In this document: one piece after another, positions 58,489-64,000 of the stretch
Layout: the number at the start of each line of letters is the position of its first letter
Numbering within the stretch: position 1 is the stretch's first letter
Virus record (IMG/VR): IMGVR_UViG_3300023179_000041
Location: 1 to 64,000 of that record
DNA: 64,000 nt
Strand: one strand, 5' to 3'
DNA from: a virus
Position numbers and translations under genes: made by a program
The notes under the pieces: generated by a model
Databases searched by the model: none
What the model was told of the DNA's origin: nothing
Seen by the model: the letters and a program-made list of their open reading frames with translations, nothing else

Positions 58489-58737
58489 ATGGACCTCATC
58501 AAAAACGTACTTTTGCGAATCATCGCGACATTCGTCGTGACTGGCCTTGGAGTTATTGGCGCAGGCACCATTGCTGGCGTGTCGATAGAAAAGGCAATAT
58601 TTATGGCCGGAATCGGCGGCGTGGCAAATGTGCTTGAAGGTCTTGCTCGCGCATTTTTGACTGATGGCAAGTTGTCTGAAGACGAGGTCAATGCTGTCTT
58701 TTCAAAAATCGAACAAGAAAATCCAGCAGAGCAATAG
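58489..58737 (+). CDS. Putative holin
   Basis: Two TMs, adjacent to endolysin. Confidence 0.6.
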   Translation: MDLIKNVLLRIIATFVVTGLGVIGAGTIAGVSIEKAIFMAGIGGVANVLEGLARAFLTDGKLSEDEVNAVFSKIEQENPAEQ

Positions 58738-58746
58738 GAGATACAG

Positions 58747-59601
58747 ATGTCAGAACTGTACATTGATAAATTGACCCCGCCAAAAGATGTTGCTGGTCAT
58801 AAACCTGGAAAACTCCCGGATGGTCTGCTTTCAAAAGTTGACGGTGGACGTTTGCACTGGCTTGCTGCGAACGCCTGGAAAGCGCTCAAGGCCGCTGCCG
58901 CTGCAGAAGGAATTGAACTGAAGCCAACATCTGCTGGCGACTTGTATCGTTCTTATGATGCACAACTCAAAGTCTTTCTTGAGCGTTACACAAAAGAGCC
59001 GAATGGGAACAGCACTCGCACATTTGAAGGTGTGAAGTGGTACAAGAAGTCTGAAAAACTGGCCAGCCTTGCCGCGCCAGGTACCTCTCAGCACAACAGC
59101 GGATTGGCAGTAGACGTTCATACCGCAAGCGGCGAACGTCTTAAGTGGATGATTGCAAACTGCCGCAAGTTTGGGTGGAGTTGGGAAGTTGTTCCAGAAG
59201 AGCCATGGCACATCCGTTATACGCAAGGCGATAATGTCCCAGAAGCAGTGAAGGCATGGATGGACGCAAATCCAGCAGAGGTCTGCAAGGCCGGCGAGGT
59301 CACTGCTCCGGCAGAACAGCCCAAACCAGCACCTGCTGCTGCAGCACCTGCTGGAGATGTAGATGCTGCCGTGAAGCGCGGAAAGACAAATGCTGCCACG
59401 AATCCAGTTCTGCAACTTGGCGCAAAAGGTGGTACGGTTCGCACCCTCCAGCAACTGCTCAATAAAGCAGGAGTCAAGTGCGCGACCGATGGAGACTTCG
59501 GTCCGAAGACAGAAGCCGCAGTAAAAGAATTCCAGAAGAAAGTTGGTCTGGAAGAAACCGGCATCGTCAATCACAAGACGTGGGCAAAAGTAAATCCGTA
59601 G
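58747..59601 (+). CDS. Endolysin: M15 (VanY-like) peptidase with PG-binding domain
   Basis: YRSYDAQ, APGTSQHNSGLAVD, EPWH; LQQLL..DGDFGPKTEAAVKEFQ. Confidence 0.9.
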   Translation: MSELYIDKLTPPKDVAGHKPGKLPDGLLSKVDGGRLHWLAANAWKALKAAAAAEGIELKPTSAGDLYRSYDAQLKVFLERYTKEPNGNSTRTFEGVKWYKKSEKLASLAAPGTSQHNSGLAVDVHTASGERLKWMIANCRKFGWSWEVVPEEPWHIRYTQGDNVPEAVKAWMDANPAEVCKAGEVTAPAEQPKPAPAAAAPAGDVDAAVKRGKTNAATNPVLQLGAKGGTVRTLQQLLNKAGVKCATDGDFGPKTEAAVKEFQKKVGLEETGIVNHKTWAKVNP

Positions 59602-59686
59602 AGAATACTTCGTCTATACATACAAACCTGTGAGACTTTACCCGTTCGCGAAAGCGAACAACTAGCAGAACAAAGGAGTCATAACA

Positions 59687-60244
59687 ATGGCTGCATCAAC
59701 ATCCACAATCTCATTTGACGTTCACGACTGCAAGGTCTACCCCGTCACAGCAGATGCCACTGGTGGCATCACCTACGGCGCAGCCGTTGACGTTCCTGGT
59801 ATCCAGGAAGTCTCGGTCGAGCCGAACTTCATCTCGGTTGAGTTGAAGGGTGACGGAAAGGTCCTTGCCAAGAAGGGCAAGGTCGACCGTCTCAACTTCT
59901 CCGCAACATACAGCGAACTGAGCCTCGATGTTCTCGCAGCCATCTTCGGTGGTTCGACAACAACAGCAGGCAGTGGCTCGGCTGAGTCTGCATCGTACGA
60001 GTTCGATGGCGACAGCCTTCCGTACTTCAAGATTGAAGTCTTGGTCAATGACCTTGAGTCTGAACTTGCCGAGATGGTCTTCACGCTGAACAAGTGCCAG
60101 ATTACTGGTGGCACGATTATGTCTGGCTCGACAGACAACTTCTCGACACCATCGTTTGACGCCGAGGCAATCCTCCCGATTGCAACTGGTGTCGGCTTTG
60201 GCAAGGTCACGCTCCGCGAGGCCGCTTCGGGTCTTACCGCCTAA
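59687..60244 (+). CDS. Major tail (tube) protein
   Basis: AAGGAG RBS, strong codon bias, ELKGD, precedes chaperone and tape measure. Confidence 0.8.
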   Translation: MAASTSTISFDVHDCKVYPVTADATGGITYGAAVDVPGIQEVSVEPNFISVELKGDGKVLAKKGKVDRLNFSATYSELSLDVLAAIFGGSTTTAGSGSAESASYEFDGDSLPYFKIEVLVNDLESELAEMVFTLNKCQITGGTIMSGSTDNFSTPSFDAEAILPIATGVGFGKVTLREAASGLTA

Positions 60245-60269
60245 TAACTGAATAGTTCTGCTGGCGCCT

Positions 60270-60311
60270 ACGCCAGTCTTGGGGATGTGTGTGACCCCAA
60301 GGCTGGCGTTT
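60270..60311 (+). terminator. Hairpin after the major tail gene
   Basis: ACGCCAGTCTTGGGG...CCCCAAGGCTGGCGT-TT. Confidence 0.65.
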
Positions 60312-60344
60312 GCGCGTTTGTGACCGTGTATGTATGCTGTGTGC

Positions 60345-60875
60345 ATGGACTATACACCGCTAGTACTCAAGAACAAAGGCGTTCCCTGCCTCTTTGCAAA
60401 GACAACCAAAACTGGACCAGCAGAAGAGGATTGGACAAGACAAACAACAGAAGAAGGTGAGCCAATCACAGAAACAATTCATGTCAGATTTACAAATAAC
60501 TCAATTTCTGACATTGAAGAATTTTTTGGCAACCTTGAAAAATGGCAAGAAAGCCTTGAGCAGAAGCCATACAACACACTTAGGCAGACACTTGCTTTTG
60601 CCTTGAAGCGCTCAATTTATGATATTGGCGAAGCGATGCTCGACGGTGAAATAGTTGGCTACTCAAATGTGATAGGAACGGCTTGGTCAATCGCCAATGG
60701 CGTGGACCCTATCGTGGCGAGTCGAATGCTCAGCCAGACAATCGCACTCGCCGAAGAAAACAAAAAGCGTCTAGCCGAAAGTCTGGCTCAAGCACTACCG
60801 GATTTGCAGACTGGAAACAGTGGCTCGGACTCTGGGCCCAAACGGGCCAACCGCTCAAAGAATTCTGGGAACTAA
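60345..60875 (+). CDS. Tail assembly chaperone (gpG-like)
   Basis: Between major tail and tape measure. Confidence 0.75.
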   Translation: MDYTPLVLKNKGVPCLFAKTTKTGPAEEDWTRQTTEEGEPITETIHVRFTNNSISDIEEFFGNLEKWQESLEQKPYNTLRQTLAFALKRSIYDIGEAMLDGEIVGYSNVIGTAWSIANGVDPIVASRMLSQTIALAEENKKRLAESLAQALPDLQTGNSGSDSGPKRANRSKNSGN

Positions 60876-60988
60876 GTCCAGCGCAACTAGCCGTTGTTTT
60901 TGAATCGCGCGGCTGGATGAAACAGCGCGCTGGCCAAGAGCAACTTATGTCTTTTGCTGCCCAGATGGGGCTGAAGATAGAAAAGTAA
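60812..60988 (+). CDS. Probable -1 frameshift extension (gpGT-like) of the chaperone
   Basis: Overlapping -1 frame WKQWLGLWAQTGQPLKEFWELSPAQL with no start of its own; candidate site TGGAAAC. Confidence 0.6.
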   Translation, partial: WKQWLGLWAQTGQPLKEFWELSPAQLAVVFESRGWMKQRAGQEQLMSFAAQMGLKIEK

Positions 60989-61036
60989 GGCTTTTCGCAA
61001 ATTTGACATTTCTGCGGGTTGTGGAAAAATATTTAT

Positions 61037-64000
61037 ATGCCTGCAGCATCGAGTGGTGGTGTAACGCCCCTTAGCGTACAAATAAAAATCACCACAACTG
61101 GTGTAAGCGCCGCAGCAAGAGGGATGGGTGCTGTTGGCAAGGCTGGCGGTTCAATGAGCAGGTCGCTTGCCGCAAGTTCAATATCTACAAGAACTCTTGG
61201 CGATGCAATGCGAATGACAGCAACCCTTATGAAATACACGGTTGTTGGCGCATTTATGAATGCTGGGAAACAAGCAATCCAAATGCAGAGACAGTTTGAG
61301 GTGGCGTTTTCTCGGATTAAGGGCTTGGTCGTTGTTGGCGGAGACAGCGTCGACAAAATGCGAGAAAAGGTTCTCTCTCTTGCTGGAGAAACCACAAGAG
61401 CGCCATTGGAACTTGCTGATGCCCTTTATTACATCACCTCTGCCGGCATCAAAGACGCAAGTACGGCGATGGAAGTTCTTGAGTCTTCAGCGAAAGCGGC
61501 AGCAGCAGGTCTTGGAACAACCAATACCGTTGCCGACGCAATCACCTCTACATTGAATGCGTACGGACAGGAAAATTACTCTGCGGCCAAAGCCACCGAC
61601 ATCCTTGTTGCCACCGTGCGTGAAGGTAAAGCAGAAGCCGATACATTTGCTCCTGCACTTGGTAAGGTTCTGCCAGTTGCTGCGGCATACGGTGCATCGT
61701 TTGAAGACGTATCTGCCGCAATCGCTGCCCTATCAAGAGGCGGTTTGTCTGCAGGAACGGCAGCCATCTATGTTCGTCAAACCCTGTCTCAGTTGCTTAA
61801 GCCATCAAAGCAAGCGCAAGAAGTTCTTGCAGGTGTTGGGACCAACGCAGACGAAATTCGCAAGAACATCCAAGAAAAAGGTTTGTTCCCAGCCCTTATG
61901 GAGTTGAGAGACCAACTTGGCGGTATTGAAAATGCTGCAGACTTTACAAAAGTCTTTGGAAACGTTCGCGCCCTAACCGCAGTTTTATCATTGGTCGGTC
62001 CTGCTGCCGAAGACAATGCAAAAATCTTTGAGCGCATGCAATCTGCCACTGGAGACTTGGACTACGCATTTGCTGCTTACGCAGACACAACAGATGCACA
62101 GTTCAACAAAGCAATGGCAGAACAGCAGGCAGCCTTAATTAAACTCGGCGAAGCCCTTAAGCCAGTCATAACAACGTTGCTAAAACTCGGAACTGCAATA
62201 TCAAAAACCCTCGGCGCATTTGTTGGGACTGGATTTGGTAAGGGATTTGCGCGCGTCGCTGCCGGTGCCGTTCTAGCGATTGCTGCTCTTTCAACGGTAA
62301 TGAAAACAATGTCTGCCCTTATTCGATTGGGTTCAAACTTAAACATCACATTGTTTGGAACTCAATTTAGATATAACGCAACAACTGGCGCCATTACAAA
62401 ATATACAACTGGCACAATTACAGCGGCAACAGCAACTGGAACAATGACCAGGTCGGTTGGCGCATGGACTGTGGCAAATGGATTCTTGGCAGGTTCAATC
62501 AGGCTCGTTGCTCTTTCCATGAATTTCTTGACCAAATCAATGACCTATATTATTCCTGTTTTGACTATTGGTTTGATGTTATTCGAAGGTTTCAAGTTTA
62601 TTGCCGGAATGTTCAATAGGGGCAAAGATGGTGCTGATTCACTTGGTCAAAGTGTTGGAAAACTTAACACATTGCTCGATGAAACCGTTAAATACGGAAG
62701 GTCAAACCTTGTATTTGACGTAACAATTAACACAGATAACGCCAATTCAATGGAGGCAATTAAGCGATTGCGTGACGAAATTGAAGAACAATCGCCGAAC
62801 CTATTGCCGGACTTCAAGAACCTTGTCACAAAACAGGGCGCAGAAGCAGGAGCCCTTTATATCCAGTCAATGCTTGACACCGCATTTGCAGGAAATACAA
62901 AAGAGTTCAAAGACACGTTTGTGCAAATGATGCTCTCGGTCCGGCCAGATGTGGCCGCTGCTTTTAAAGAACTTGGCAGCAGCGTTGACTACGACGAAGC
63001 ATTTGGTGACCCGGTTACTAACGCCGAAACATTCCAGGCCCTTGCATCTGCCGTGGCAAGTGGAGGGGATGTTATATCCAGAGCATCGATTAAGGCAGGC
63101 GATGGGCTTGAATCGTTCATTAAAAAAGTTACAGATACTGAAATGGACCAACATGCCGAAAGAAGCAAGGAGGCATTGGGCGCATATGGTCAGGCATTTA
63201 CTGACACAATTCAAAACACCGGACAACTTAATCCACTTGTTGCAAATATTAAAAAGTGGCAAGCATATTTTGAATCTGCTGGCACCAATTCTACCGAACA
63301 AGCCGAAATCATTTCTCAAATTGTTGGACCGGCACTTACAGGTCTAACTGGAGATTTAGACCTTGTTGCAGATTCGACTGGAAACTTTAGGAATGTGTTC
63401 CTAAAGACTGCCAATGAGACTGCTGCCATAAAGTTTATCGAAAATACATTTGGCGTTGAAGGAGCACGCGCTCTAGAAATTCTTGAGGTTTTGCGCGACA
63501 GAATGAGAGCAATCCCAGAAGGTGCAGAAGGTGCAGCACAATCTGCACAAGTTCTTGTTGATGCCCTTGGTGAAATGAAAGTTAAAGCAGAAGATGTTGT
63601 TTATAGCGTTTATGACCTTGATACTGCGGTAACTGCTCTTGGCGACCGTTTTTCTGAAGGTCTGCATCCAGAAGTGCAGGGCCTCGTTGATGATTTTGAT
63701 GCCGCTCAAGCGGCGCTCAAGAATTTCCAAAGAGGCCAAGAAGCCCTTATGGGCGTCACAAGGGGAATGACAGAAGCACAAATTGACTTCCGTGACTCAA
63801 TGCGAGGTTTTAGGGAAGACGCAGCGGCTGCCGGTGGAGACCTTTTCTCCGGAAGCGCCAATGCCGATAAAGCCCAAGAGGGCCTCCTTGACGCAATGGA
63901 CAGCGTCCTCGAAGTGGTGAATCAGTTTGCCCTTAAGGGAGATGAGGCTGGAGCCACACGTGCGCTGGGTGAGGGAATCGCTCGAATTGTCGGAGACGGG
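61037..64000 (+). CDS. Tape measure protein, TP901-type (truncated by window end)
   Basis: MPAASSGG...ELADALYYITSAG...LNAYG...ATDILVATVREGK; reads open to the end of the window. Confidence 0.92.
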   Translation, partial: MPAASSGGVTPLSVQIKITTTGVSAAARGMGAVGKAGGSMSRSLAASSISTRTLGDAMRMTATLMKYTVVGAFMNAGKQAIQMQRQFEVAFSRIKGLVVVGGDSVDKMREKVLSLAGETTRAPLELADALYYITSAGIKDASTAMEVLESSAKAAAAGLGTTNTVADAITSTLNAYGQENYSAAKATDILVATVREGKAEADTFAPALGKVLPVAAAYGASFEDVSAAIAALSRGGLSAGTAAIYVRQTLSQLLKPSKQAQEVLAGVGTNADEIRKNIQEKGLFPALMELRDQLGGIENAADFTKVFGNVRALTAVLSLVGPAAEDNAKIFERMQSATGDLDYAFAAYADTTDAQFNKAMAEQQAALIKLGEALKPVITTLLKLGTAISKTLGAFVGTGFGKGFARVAAGAVLAIAALSTVMKTMSALIRLGSNLNITLFGTQFRYNATTGAITKYTTGTITAATATGTMTRSVGAWTVANGFLAGSIRLVALSMNFLTKSMTYIIPVLTIGLMLFEGFKFIAGMFNRGKDGADSLGQSVGKLNTLLDETVKYGRSNLVFDVTINTDNANSMEAIKRLRDEIEEQSPNLLPDFKNLVTKQGAEAGALYIQSMLDTAFAGNTKEFKDTFVQMMLSVRPDVAAAFKELGSSVDYDEAFGDPVTNAETFQALASAVASGGDVISRASIKAGDGLESFIKKVTDTEMDQHAERSKEALGAYGQAFTDTIQNTGQLNPLVANIKKWQAYFESAGTNSTEQAEIISQIVGPALTGLTGDLDLVADSTGNFRNVFLKTANETAAIKFIENTFGVEGARALEILEVLRDRMRAIPEGAEGAAQSAQVLVDALGEMKVKAEDVVYSVYDLDTAVTALGDRFSEGLHPEVQGLVDDFDAAQAALKNFQRGQEALMGVTRGMTEAQIDFRDSMRGFREDAAAAGGDLFSGSANADKAQEGLLDAMDSVLEVVNQFALKGDEAGATRALGEGIARIVGDG

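Noticed and set aside
1-64000. Stop-codon reassignment or prophage boundary
   Set aside because: Genes are full length in code 11 using all three stops; no integrase, att site or host housekeeping genes were seen

Overview
This window is 64 kb of a tailed dsDNA phage genome, probably a siphovirus. The host is inferred to be an actinobacterium (WhiB, actinobacterial-type SSB, CGAAC-N4-GTTCG LexA boxes, IdeR-like boxes; Thr-repeat surface proteins hint at Acidimicrobiia). Positions 1-3700 form an atypical GC-rich early or terminal region with repeated sigma70 promoter-RBS cassettes driving tiny ORFs, separated by clusters of host-regulator-like operators. A candidate double-pseudoknot RNA and tRNA-Thr follow. 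Next come PAPS-reductase-like, WhiB, terminase, HNH, SLT, a D-armless tRNA-like element, PhyH dioxygenase, methyltransferase, subtilisin, class II RNR, MazG, exonuclease and SSB genes. The structural block has portal-MuF, a multi-domain prohead protease, HK97 capsid, neck genes, tail fibres and two Gly-rich adhesin-like proteins. The second adhesin carries a His/Asn/Pro-rich insert and is followed by a block of 2OG-Fe(II) oxygenases, a flavin-dependent halogenase, two glycosyltransferases and a mucin-like membrane protein. The window ends with SNF2 helicase, lysis genes, major tail, tail chaperone and a truncated tape measure gene. The best candidates for undescribed systems are (1) a tail-adhesin post-translational tailoring cluster, (2) the operator arrays of the early region, (3) the pseudoknotted RNA and (4) a protease polyprotein. 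All calls come from reading motifs by eye; no database searches were run.
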